A stretch of DNA of 63,657 nt, taken from positions 1 to 63,657 of the forward strand of contig CASEQE010000051.1 in NCBI GenBank assembly GCA_949289995.1. Direction: 5' to 3'. Positions 1 to 8,133 of the stretch are shown in pieces. A model generated the notes under the pieces. The model made no database searches. It was not told where the DNA came from and was given only the letters and a program-made list of their open reading frames with translations. Source of the DNA: an uncultured Peptococcaceae bacterium. Its GTDB lineage: Bacteria; Bacillota; Dehalobacteriia; UBA4068. The position numbers and the translations under genes are program-made. Each line of letters begins with the position of its first letter. The stretch's first letter is position 1.

Positions 1-303
1 CTGACGCCCCAGCTGCTGCGGCTGTTCATCCAGCGCATTGAGATCGGGGAGCGGTCGAAAAAGCACTCCCGCTCCGCTGGCCAGAGCGTTCGGATCGTGT
101 ACCGGGACATCGGCGCGCTGGACACGCCCATGCGGGAGGGCGACCACGCACCGCGCATGACCAAAGAAATCACAGAGAAAGAAGCAATCATCCGATTGCT
201 GGCATTAAAACACAGAAGCGGACGGCTTCCGCCGTCCGCCTCTGTGCCTGACAATTTACCCGGTTCAGAAAATGTACCTATGGGAATCATCAGAATTCGT
301 TAG
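1..303 (+). CDS. Large serine recombinase, C-terminal fragment (gene begins left of the window)
   Basis: Frame 1 is open from base 1 to TAG at 301-303. The translation LTPQLLRLFIQRIEIGERSKKHSRSAGQSVRIVYRDIGALD... resembles, from memory, the DUF4368-type tail of large serine recombinases of clostridial integrative elements. ORF-track entry 97..303 is only its last part. Visibly far more GC-rich than the DNA to its right. Confidence 0.55.
   Translation: MTPQLLRLFIQRIEIGERSKKHSRSAGQSVRIVYRDIGALDTPMREGDHAPRMTKEITEKEAIIRLLALKHRSGRLPPSASVPDNLPGSENVPMGIIRIR
211..246. repeat. GC-rich inverted repeat (14 of 15 bp stem, 6-nt loop) at the end of the recombinase element
   Basis: CACAGAAGCGGACGG (211-225), loop cttccg, CCGTCCGCCTCTGTG (232-246), paired by hand with one A-C mismatch. 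Looks like a terminator stem, but it lies inside the open frame and has no T-run. Confidence 0.8.
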
Positions 304-317
304 ACTTTTTTTTTATT

Positions 318-584
318 TCACCGGAACATCACAGTCATGGTCTGGGGCTTGCTGCTTGGCAAGCCATAGAGACGAAGTATGCAGATACAACTGTTTGGGA
401 AACCATAACGCCTTATTTTGAGGAAAGGAATATCCATTTTTACATCAATAAATGTGGTTTTCATATTGTAGAATTTTATAATGAACATCATATTGACCCT
501 AATATGTCTAGCCCTGAAACGCAATCTGGTGAACCCGTACCAGGTACGAACGCTTATTTCCGTTTTGAAAAGATAATGAAATAA
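318..584 (+). pseudogene. GNAT N-acetyltransferase, 3' fragment lacking the N-terminal half and start codon
   Basis: Hand translation: SPEHHSHGLGLAAWQAIETKYADTTVWETITPYFEERNIHFYINKCGFHIVEFYNEHH...AYFRFEKIMK, then TAA at 582-584. It has a GNAT motif-A-like HGLG and a C-terminal FY-x-K-x-GF. There is no in-frame ATG, and the frame starts within 15 nt of the recombinase stop. Track ORF 318..587(-) is its antisense shadow. Confidence 0.55.
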
Positions 585-589
585 CATAC

Positions 590-772
590 AAGATCACGGA
601 GATCAAGTGTCCTATATGTGGAAGCAAGAGAAAATGGAGAGTACTTCAAAATACTGACTTGAAAAACTTTCCGCTTTTTTGTCTTAAGTGTAGGTAGGAA
701 GCTTTAATCCATGTCAAACAACTGAATACTACAGTTATCTAAGAGCCAAATACATCTACGCCTAACCGATAA
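590..772 (+). pseudogene. Cysteine-rich KTR-domain small protein, decayed (no start, two in-frame stops)
   Basis: Hand translation: KITEIKCPICGSKRKWRVLQNTDLKNFPLFCLKCR*EALIHVKQLNTTVI*EPNTSTPNR*. It follows the remembered family pattern CPxCGxK...LKNFPLYCPKCKQETL...VIKEP. The stops TAG 695-697 and TAA 740-742 fall where the family has Q and K. Confidence 0.6.
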
Positions 773-2189
773 TACGCAGATAAAATATGCTTATCCCCTA
801 TATTATTTTGTTTGGAGGATATCAATCGGTTGGTTATTTATTACATCTTATGGCTCATAATTTACAATCAAAAAGATTTTGCACTTCTATAGAATTCTGC
901 CCCCGTGAAGATAAACCCATAAACCATACCGTTATCTTTGTATAATCATATATTCCGTGCCCATGCGATTTTATGCTGCTAGGGTGTTTATTGTCTTTAA
1001 AAAGAAAAGGCGTGAAAAAATAATAAATAGGCCGCATGTCGAGTATACTTTCAACGCTTTGTATAAAATTATGTTTTATCATGCGGCGCTGGACGCTTAA
1101 AAATAATTGCGGCAAAAGATGTAGTTTAAATTATTCCTTGACTGTCTTAGTGATTTTGAGCTTATTACTACAACAGACGAGTATTTCGTGAAATACGATG
1201 TCCTTAACTCCATAACCGTTGGTGGAAAAATGGTAATTGTGGAAAGCAAACGATTAGCCGTTATCTTGCTGCGTTTGCCGGATAACGGCAAATAGTTCTG
1301 TTTCTGCAACAGTATCTTGATTACAGCAAAGCAGAAATCAAACGATATGTATTAGTCAAAGCGCAATTTTCCGCTGATCAAAGATTACTTTGCACTGAAT
1401 GCGAAAAAAAGAGCCGATCAAGAACGAAAAATAGCGTGTATAAATTGGTTCTTATAACGCCACCGAAAAAACAGCCGCATGAGAGTCGAAAGCGGTAAAC
1501 GCGGTCATTAAAAACTATAGCGGCTATATTAAATATTTGTCCTATTTTCGAGAGAATATGAACGATGTACCGCAAAGCATTTTTGGCTAAATCCTTACAC
1601 TAGTTCCGCTTTGACAGATGCTAAGTAGCACACAGCCAGAAAAATCTGTCAAGGACAAACTGTACGTTTCACAGCCTTAACAATTTCCCCGTCATTGCTT
1701 TTAAGCAGTCAAGAAAGCGCAACCGGATAGACAGCTTGCGCCTTTAATATATGATGATGTGTGACGCGATAGAGAGTAGCGTACCTTAGTTATACTGCTT
1801 TTCAGATTTGAAAGCTGAGTACCCCTACCCTCGAAAATTGTATTCAAATACATAACAATTTGCTATGTCAAAGTGGATAGTTAGACGGACAAAAAGCCTT
1901 GATTTGTGCAATTTACAGATGCTAGAAACAGAGCAGCAAGCAATATAATATCCTTCGTAAGCGTAAAAATGCCGCTTTATTGTTCCATACGGTATAGAAA
2001 AAGCGGACAAAAAGTCTTTGACCTCTTGCCCACTTTCTGACATAACCTATCTACCAGCCGTTAAAGTTAGTTTGTTTTCAATACGTTCTTGTCGGTGGTT
2101 GACATTAGCCTCAATTTATCGTTTTATTTGCTATATGTGCGACGCTGCCGTCGATATCCGCCAGCAAGCCCGCTTAATATCTTTCAACA
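773..2189. other. AT-rich segment with only short mirror-image ORFs on both strands; coding status unresolved
   Basis: Track ORFs 855..1115, 1097..1309, 1378..1575 and 1825..2043 are all on the minus strand and 65-86 aa long. Hand-translated plus-strand frames 1125..1295 and 1286..1498 are also open. I recognise no family. Base composition is clearly lower in GC than the flanks. Confidence 0.5.
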
Positions 2190-3194
2190 TTATTTATGAT
2201 TCAACGCTTTTGCTACCGCTACAGCACAAGCCACTGTAGCGCCGACCATTGGATTATTACCCATACCGATAAAGCCCATCATTTCCACATGTGCCGGTAC
2301 GGACGAGGAACCGGCAAATTGAGCGTCGGAGTGCATACGTCCCATGGTATCAGTCATACCATACGAAGCCGGGCCAGCCGCCATATTATCCGGATGCAAA
2401 GTACGGCCGGTGCCGCCGCCGGAAGCCACAGAGAAATACCGTTTTCCCTGCTCGATACATTCTTTTTTATACGTACCAGCCACTGGATGCTGGAAGCGCG
2501 TGGGGTTGGTGGAGTTACCGGTGAGAGAAACATCCACGCCTTCATGATGCATAATCGCCACGCCTTCCCGCACGTCATCCGCGCCAAAGCAACGTACTTT
2601 CGCCCGTTCGCCAGTGGAATACGGAATCTCCCGGACTATCTTCAATTCGCTGGTATAATAATCAAATTTGGTTTGACAATAAGTAAAGCCGTTAATCCGC
2701 GCAATAATCATCGCTGCATCTTTGCCCAAACCGTTTAAAATGATGCGCAATGGCTGTTTCCGCACGGTATTGGCGCTTTTGGCAATACCGATCGCCCCTT
2801 CTGCCGCAGCAAAAGATTCATGACCGGCCAAAAAGGCAAAGCATTGGGTTTCATCCCGCAACAACATCGCCGCCAAATTGCCGTGTCCTATACCGACCTG
2901 GCGGTTTTCCGCCACAGAACCGGGAATACAAAATGCCTGTAAGCCCAGGCCAATGGCTTCGGCGGCCGCTGCGGCATCCCGACAATCCTTTTTCAATGCG
3001 ATGGCACAGCCTAACGTATAGGCCCAACAAGCGTTTTCAAAAGCAATAGGTTGTATTTCTTTTACCATTTTATAGGGATCTATACCGGCTTGATGACAGA
3101 GTTCCGCCGCTTCTTCCAGCGAAGCGAGGCCATATTGGGATAAAACTATGTTAATTTTATCAATTCTTCTTTCATAACTTTCAAATAATGCCAT
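2190..3194 (-). CDS. GGGtGRT-family protein (uncharacterised conserved family)
   Basis: Track ORF 2190..3296 trimmed to ATG 3192-3194, which follows GGAGG (aggaggcgcgaccATG). Contains the family signature VASGGGTGRTLHPDN. 16-nt gap to the upstream IscU-like gene. Confidence 0.8.
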   Translation of the reverse strand: MALFESYERRIDKINIVLSQYGLASLEEAAELCHQAGIDPYKMVKEIQPIAFENACWAYTLGCAIALKKDCRDAAAAAEAIGLGLQAFCIPGSVAENRQVGIGHGNLAAMLLRDETQCFAFLAGHESFAAAEGAIGIAKSANTVRKQPLRIILNGLGKDAAMIIARINGFTYCQTKFDYYTSELKIVREIPYSTGERAKVRCFGADDVREGVAIMHHEGVDVSLTGNSTNPTRFQHPVAGTYKKECIEQGKRYFSVASGGGTGRTLHPDNMAAGPASYGMTDTMGRMHSDAQFAGSSSVPAHVEMMGFIGMGNNPMVGATVACAVAVAKALNHK

Positions 3195-3210
3195 GGTCGC
3201 GCCTCCTTTT

Positions 3211-3903
3211 CTATTCTTGCCGGGGATCAATATAAGTAGCGGCTTCATCAAATCTGCCGTACTTTCCGGTCGCTTTGGCCAAGGCTTCGTTTGCATCCAT
3301 ACCTTTTTTAATATAATCCATCATTTTACCCAAATGGATAAACTGATAGCCGATGATTTGCGCATCTTTATCCAAAGCCAACTTGGTCACATAGCCCTCG
3401 GCAATTTCCAGATAACGAGCGCCTTTAGCCTTGGTACCGAAAGTAGTACCGACTTGACTACGCATACCTTTGCCTAAATCCTCCAAACTAGCGCCGATGG
3501 GCAAGCCATTTTCGGAAAAGGCGGTTTGGCTGCGACCATAGACGATTTGCAAAAAGATTTCCCGCATAGCTACATTAATTGCATCGCACACCAAATCGGT
3601 GTTTAGAGCTTCCAGTATGGTCTTTCCCGGCAAAATTTCCGCCGCCATCGCTGCGGAGTGGGTCATACCACTACAACCCAAGGTTTCCACCAAAGCTTCC
3701 TCAATGATACCGTTTTTAATATTTAAGGTGAGCTTACATGCGCCTTGTTGGGGAGCGCAGCGGCCCACGCTATGGGTCAAACCGGAAATATCGCCGATTT
3801 GCTTGGCGGCAACCCATTTGCCCTCTTCCGGAATAGGCGCCGGACCATGATCGGCGCCTTTGGCCACAGCGCACATATTGGTAACTTCATTGGTGTAATT
3901 CAA
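3211..3903 (-). CDS. IscU/NifU-N-like iron-sulfur scaffold protein with C-terminal extension
   Basis: TTG start at 3903 with AAGGAG 8 nt upstream. Cys pattern GRCAPQQGAC ... LGCSGMTHSAA ... LVCDA is typical of NifU-N/IscU, followed by roughly 100 additional residues. Confidence 0.75.
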   Translation of the reverse strand: MNYTNEVTNMCAVAKGADHGPAPIPEEGKWVAAKQIGDISGLTHSVGRCAPQQGACKLTLNIKNGIIEEALVETLGCSGMTHSAAMAAEILPGKTILEALNTDLVCDAINVAMREIFLQIVYGRSQTAFSENGLPIGASLEDLGKGMRSQVGTTFGTKAKGARYLEIAEGYVTKLALDKDAQIIGYQFIHLGKMMDYIKKGMDANEALAKATGKYGRFDEAATYIDPRQE

Positions 3904-4176
3904 GTTAAAAACTCCTTTCTGTTCAATTCAAGACGGCGGCGGTTAGGATAAGCGAACCTTTTCACACAAAAGAACCGCTCGTTTTTTTCTAGCCAACTAT
4001 AATATTTCTGGCTATTTCGTCGATGACCTTGTTTTTTTTTAAAAATATTAAACGCATCCTTTTCCTTATTTACTATAGAAAAATTTATTCTCATGTGTTA
4101 TAATTAAAGTTAAATAAAAAAACCATACTTTGAACGTATACTTTTGTTTTATATATAACATAAGGAGGTAGGAAAC

Positions 4177-4710
4177 ATGAATATCGTACTATTAAATGGC
4201 AGCCCGAGAGCGGCGGGTAACACGGCGGAAGCGTTAAAAATGTTGGCGGAAGCCTTGCCGGCCGGCAGCAAAATTGACACGGTTAACATTGCTTCCCTGA
4301 AAATCGGCGCCTGCAAATCTTGTTTTGCCTGCAAACAAAATGGTGGAACCTGCGTGCAAAAAGATGATTGTGGCGAACTTTTAGACAAAATCATTGCAGC
4401 AGACGCTTTAGTTTTTGCTTCCCCGGTTTATTTCATGGGGATTACCGCACAGCTTAAAGCGGTTATCGACCGTTTCTTTGCCAAAGTGGATCAACTAAAG
4501 GCCAAACAGAAAAAGGTAGCGGTTATCGCAATCGGCGGTACGCCGCCTCCGGCTGCCCAATATGAGGCAATTGCCGGCCATATACAAGCGATTTGTGCAT
4601 ATCTTGGTTGGCAGTATTGTGGCGGCTATTGCACCGGTTCCTTCCAAGGAGATCAAAACAAAACTGCCGAAGCGAAAAAAGAAATTGCCACTTTGGCTGC
4701 CCGTCTGTAA
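4177..4710 (+). CDS. Flavodoxin-like fold / iron-sulfur flavoprotein family (NADPH-dependent FMN reductase-like)
   Basis: AGGAGG before the ATG. NIVLLNGSPRAAGNT, CKSCFACKQNGGTC and ALVFASPVYFMGITAQLKAVIDR motifs. Confidence 0.8.
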   Translation: MNIVLLNGSPRAAGNTAEALKMLAEALPAGSKIDTVNIASLKIGACKSCFACKQNGGTCVQKDDCGELLDKIIAADALVFASPVYFMGITAQLKAVIDRFFAKVDQLKAKQKKVAVIAIGGTPPPAAQYEAIAGHIQAICAYLGWQYCGGYCTGSFQGDQNKTAEAKKEIATLAARL

Positions 4711-4803
4711 GCAATTTGGGACAAAGTAGGTTGTGTACGGCTTATGTTATCAGATGTAAGTCCAACGACCAACGCCTTGGCATAATATCAACCTATTATA
4801 ATA

Positions 4804-4827
4804 AAAGGGGCGCATAAGCGTCCCTTT
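4804..4827 (+). terminator. Putative intrinsic terminator after the flavoprotein gene
   Basis: aaaGGGGCGC-ataa-GCGTCCCttt hairpin with one G-T wobble; short T-run. Confidence 0.45.
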
Positions 4828-4883
4828 CATTATAATAAAATATTTTGTTACAATATTAAAATAAATATAAAAGGAGAATTTTT

Positions 4884-5552
4884 ATGTTTCAGGGGTTTAC
4901 GCCGCAAACATTGGCTTTTTTAAAAGGTATCGGCATATATAACGAAAAAAGCTGGTTTGAAGAACATAAGCAGCAATATCGCCAATATTTGCTTACGCCT
5001 ATGCGCCAATTGGCTGCAGAAACCTATGAGACCTTTCAAAATCATTATCCACAGTTTGATTTGGAACCAAAGGTCTGTCGAATTTATCGGGATACTCGCC
5101 GTAGCCGCGGGCGTGGGCCTTACAAAGATCGTTTATGGTTTACCTTTAGCCAAAAGACGGAAGAGGATATGTCCTCTCGGTTAACGTTTTGGTTCGAATT
5201 AACGGCGGCAAGCTGGAGTTATGGTTTGGGCTACTATCAAGCCAAACCGGCGTTGATGGCCAAACATCGGGCCAAGATAGATCGTCAACCCCAAACGCTT
5301 TCTAAATTAGCGCGCCTGCTCCAAGAACAAACGGAGTTTACACTAGAAGGTCCTAGCTATGTGCGTTCTAAAGGCGACCCCGGCCCCTTATTACGGGATT
5401 GGTACAACAAAAAAAGTCTTTCCTTGTGTCATGAAGAACCGGCTGGCCGTGATATTTTTTCCCCAGACTTGGCGCAACGACTAATACAAGGATATAGTTT
5501 TTTAGCGCCATATTACGATTATTTTAGTCACTTAGCGCAAGAACAAGATTAA
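4884..5552 (+). CDS. DUF2461 (TIGR02453-type) family protein
   Basis: AAGGAG before the ATG. N-terminal FTPQTLAFLKGI..NEKSWFEEHKQQY and RIYRDTRRSRGRGPYKDRLWFTF match the remembered family pattern. Confidence 0.75.
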   Translation: MFQGFTPQTLAFLKGIGIYNEKSWFEEHKQQYRQYLLTPMRQLAAETYETFQNHYPQFDLEPKVCRIYRDTRRSRGRGPYKDRLWFTFSQKTEEDMSSRLTFWFELTAASWSYGLGYYQAKPALMAKHRAKIDRQPQTLSKLARLLQEQTEFTLEGPSYVRSKGDPGPLLRDWYNKKSLSLCHEEPAGRDIFSPDLAQRLIQGYSFLAPYYDYFSHLAQEQD

Positions 5553-5565
5553 ACCACCCCGATGC

Positions 5566-5603
5566 AAAACCCCCTATGCCCATAATGGATACTAGGGGGT
5601 TTT
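5566..5603. terminator. Bidirectional intrinsic terminator between convergent genes
   Basis: Perfect 11-bp stem AAAACCCCCTA (5566-5576) / TAGGGGGTTTT (5593-5603), A-run and T-run on opposite sides. Confidence 0.8.
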
Positions 5604-5617
5604 GACATATAAAATAA

Positions 5618-7315
5618 TTAACATTTTAACATAGAATAGCACGTACGGGCAGTCAATTTACATACCAAAAGGTAAAAAACGATAAAAGCCAAACCCGTAC
5701 CAGCGACGCAAGCTAACGTAACCCAAGAATTATATAACTGAAACGCCTCTAGCATAGTAATCAACATCGGACTGGCCGCTGCCGCGTGCAGCAAAGCGCC
5801 TAACAACGGCAATAAAAATACCGTTCTTATTTGTCGTTGAATCGTTTGTTTTACCGCTTGATCATCCATACCCACTTGTTGCATAATCACAAACCGGCGC
5901 CGATCATCATAGCTTTCCGATACTTGCCGGAAATAAATAATTAGCACAGTATTGGTAAGAAAAAGCAAAGCAAAAAATACGCCCAAAAACAATAGGCCGC
6001 CATATAAGGCATAACTTTCTGCACGTTCGCTAAAAATTTCACTGTATATATAGCCGGATGAACCAGTTTTCGGCAATTGGCTCAACAGATTGGCTAACCA
6101 TGGGGTAATCTCTTCGCTATTGCCTTGTACATTAAACGCAAGATAGCTATAATCAGATGACTGATGTTCGCCAAAGATACCGCTATAATGCGTGGACGTC
6201 AATTCCGAAGGCGTAAGCTGCTCCACAAGGGTTAGTTGCAAACCTGATTGAGCCGCCGTTTCTTCGCTCAGCTGCCAAGCTTGTTGCATCACCTGGGCCG
6301 CCGTTTCTCCCTGATCTACAAAACCGATGATTACATCCGCCGGATGCCATTGCCGTAGAATCGACTCTTGCCCGAAAAATAAAGCGGTGCAGCAAGAAAC
6401 GGTGACGATCACCATCGTAGACAAGATACAAATATTGGCCAAACCGGAAGCATTCCGCCGCAGCCGATGCAATAACCCAGAGACAGTGATAAAATTTTCC
6501 GGACGATAATAGAATTTTTTATTCTTTTGCAAGCGACTTAACACAAAATAGCAGCCTACTACAAACAATAGCCAAGTAGCGATAATTACCAAAATTACAT
6601 CTGGCCAAAACAAACTGATCGCAATTCCCGGCGATTCCACCACAATAGCCAATATATAGGCGAAAGCAAGAATCAACAGACCCAGCAGGCTTAAAGGAAT
6701 GACGCCGCGCAACTTCTTTTCTCCTTTTTTGGCCCCATGTAATAAGTCCACAGGACGGGCCAAATGTACTTGTAGAGCGTTATAACAGGTCGTGGCGATG
6801 AAAATAATGCCGAAAGTAAAGCAGGTGAGCAACAAAGCGGGCAAAGAAATTTGGTAATAACTCCCAGGAGCGGTAGACAGGACACGCAACAGGCAAAACA
6901 TTACCAATTTACCCAAAACAGCCCCTGACAATAAACCCGCAATCAAAGAGCAACCGTTTACAATCACGTTTTCCCAAATAATGATCCGCAATACGTGACG
7001 TTTTTCCAAACCCAAAATGCCGTACAAAGCAAATTCCTTTTTGCGTCGTCTGATCAAAAAGCCGTTAATATAAAAGATATAGCCTATGGCGAACAGCGTC
7101 ATCACTACAATACCCAAAGTAAACATAGCCTGAATGGTTGCACCATATGACATATTCGCAATACTACGGTTAAAAACGACATTAAGAATGATAAAATATA
7201 CGGCGGACATCACTGTCGAAGCAAAAAAATAAGGACCGTACATCACGCGATTGTTTTTTACGTTATGCACGGCCAATTTCCAATAAAACCCATTAGCCAA
7301 CGTTTGCACCTCCAT
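5618..7315 (-). CDS. BceB-type (FtsX-domain) ABC transporter permease
   Basis: 565 aa with multiple TM segments on both sides of a roughly 130-aa soluble stretch (LRQWHPADVIIGFVDQGE...). N-terminus WKLAVHNVKNNRVMYGPYF is BceB-like. Overlaps the ATPase gene by 23 nt. Confidence 0.8.
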   Translation of the reverse strand: MEVQTLANGFYWKLAVHNVKNNRVMYGPYFFASTVMSAVYFIILNVVFNRSIANMSYGATIQAMFTLGIVVMTLFAIGYIFYINGFLIRRRKKEFALYGILGLEKRHVLRIIIWENVIVNGCSLIAGLLSGAVLGKLVMFCLLRVLSTAPGSYYQISLPALLLTCFTFGIIFIATTCYNALQVHLARPVDLLHGAKKGEKKLRGVIPLSLLGLLILAFAYILAIVVESPGIAISLFWPDVILVIIATWLLFVVGCYFVLSRLQKNKKFYYRPENFITVSGLLHRLRRNASGLANICILSTMVIVTVSCCTALFFGQESILRQWHPADVIIGFVDQGETAAQVMQQAWQLSEETAAQSGLQLTLVEQLTPSELTSTHYSGIFGEHQSSDYSYLAFNVQGNSEEITPWLANLLSQLPKTGSSGYIYSEIFSERAESYALYGGLLFLGVFFALLFLTNTVLIIYFRQVSESYDDRRRFVIMQQVGMDDQAVKQTIQRQIRTVFLLPLLGALLHAAAASPMLITMLEAFQLYNSWVTLACVAGTGLAFIVFYLLVCKLTARTCYSMLKC

Positions 7316-8060
7316 CCATCAATGATGAAGAAGCGTTCACCAAACGATCGAAAAATGCCCGTCGCGGCTCATCTCCACGATAAATCTCCGTAAGCAAACG
7401 ACCGTCTTGAATAAACAGTACCCGGCTGGAAAAACTGGCGGCAAAAGCGCTATGGGTTACCATAACAATGGTTTGTCCTTGGGCGTTAAACTCGCTGAAA
7501 ATATCTAATAGATTAGCGGAGGATCGAGAATCCAAAGCGCCGGTAGGTTCGTCGGCCAACAATAATTTAGGATTGGTAATCATTGCCCGGGCCACTGCGG
7601 TTCGTTGTTGTTCTCCGCCGGAAATTTCATAGGGAAATTTGTCCAGTAAGCTCTCCAACCCTAAACGGCTGGCCAAAGGAATCAAACGCTTTTCCATGTC
7701 CTCTACGGCAGCGCGATTTAACACCAACGGCAATAAAATATTATCTCGAACCGTAAACGTATCCAGCAAATTATAATCCTGAAATACAAAACCTAAATTT
7801 TGCCTGCGAAAGGCAGCCAAACGCCGCTCATCAATACTGCGAAAGCTTTGACCATTTAAAATAACATCCCCTTGGCTGGGCTTATCTAAAGAAGCCAACA
7901 AATTCAGCAACGTAGTTTTTCCGGAACCAGAAGCCCCCATAACCGCCGTGAATTCCCCCTGTTCCACCTGAAAATTGACTTTATCTAAAGCGCTATACCG
8001 GCGTCCGCCTAATCTACCGCTATAAGTTTTTACCAAATCAACAGCCTGCAACAATACCAT
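7293..8060 (-). CDS. BceA-type ABC transporter ATP-binding protein
   Basis: Track ORF starts at a TTG (8075). I prefer ATG 8058-8060, which is preceded by GGGGAGG. Walker A GASGSGKTTLLN, signature SGGEQQR, Walker B LLLADEPT. Confidence 0.9.
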   Translation of the reverse strand: MVLLQAVDLVKTYSGRLGGRRYSALDKVNFQVEQGEFTAVMGASGSGKTTLLNLLASLDKPSQGDVILNGQSFRSIDERRLAAFRRQNLGFVFQDYNLLDTFTVRDNILLPLVLNRAAVEDMEKRLIPLASRLGLESLLDKFPYEISGGEQQRTAVARAMITNPKLLLADEPTGALDSRSSANLLDIFSEFNAQGQTIVMVTHSAFAASFSSRVLFIQDGRLLTEIYRGDEPRRAFFDRLVNASSSLMDGGANVG

Positions 8061-8133
8061 AGCGATCCTCCCCAAAATATTTTTTGTATATCCAATACCC
8101 CCATAAAGCGATCAGCAAAAACGCCCAACTTCG

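Noticed and set aside
1886-2021. Direct repeat CGGACAAAAAG(C/T)C(T)TTGA at 1886-1902 and 2004-2021, plus shared ACAGATGCTA at about 1615 and 1916
   Set aside because: Only 10-11 nt are exact, in AT- and A-run-rich DNA. This is close to chance expectation for a 1.4-kb region and is not enough to call a repeat family.
2196-2738. Long antisense or overlapping ORFs: 2196..2738, 8139..8543, 12389..12892, 16512..17051, 20437..20862, 35768..36181, 53629..54063, 56744..57199, 58385..58858, 60379..60888 and 62289..62735
   Set aside because: Each lies inside and opposite, or out of frame with, a gene carrying strong family motifs. Their compositions are skewed and they lack ribosome-binding sites. I treat them as shadow frames.
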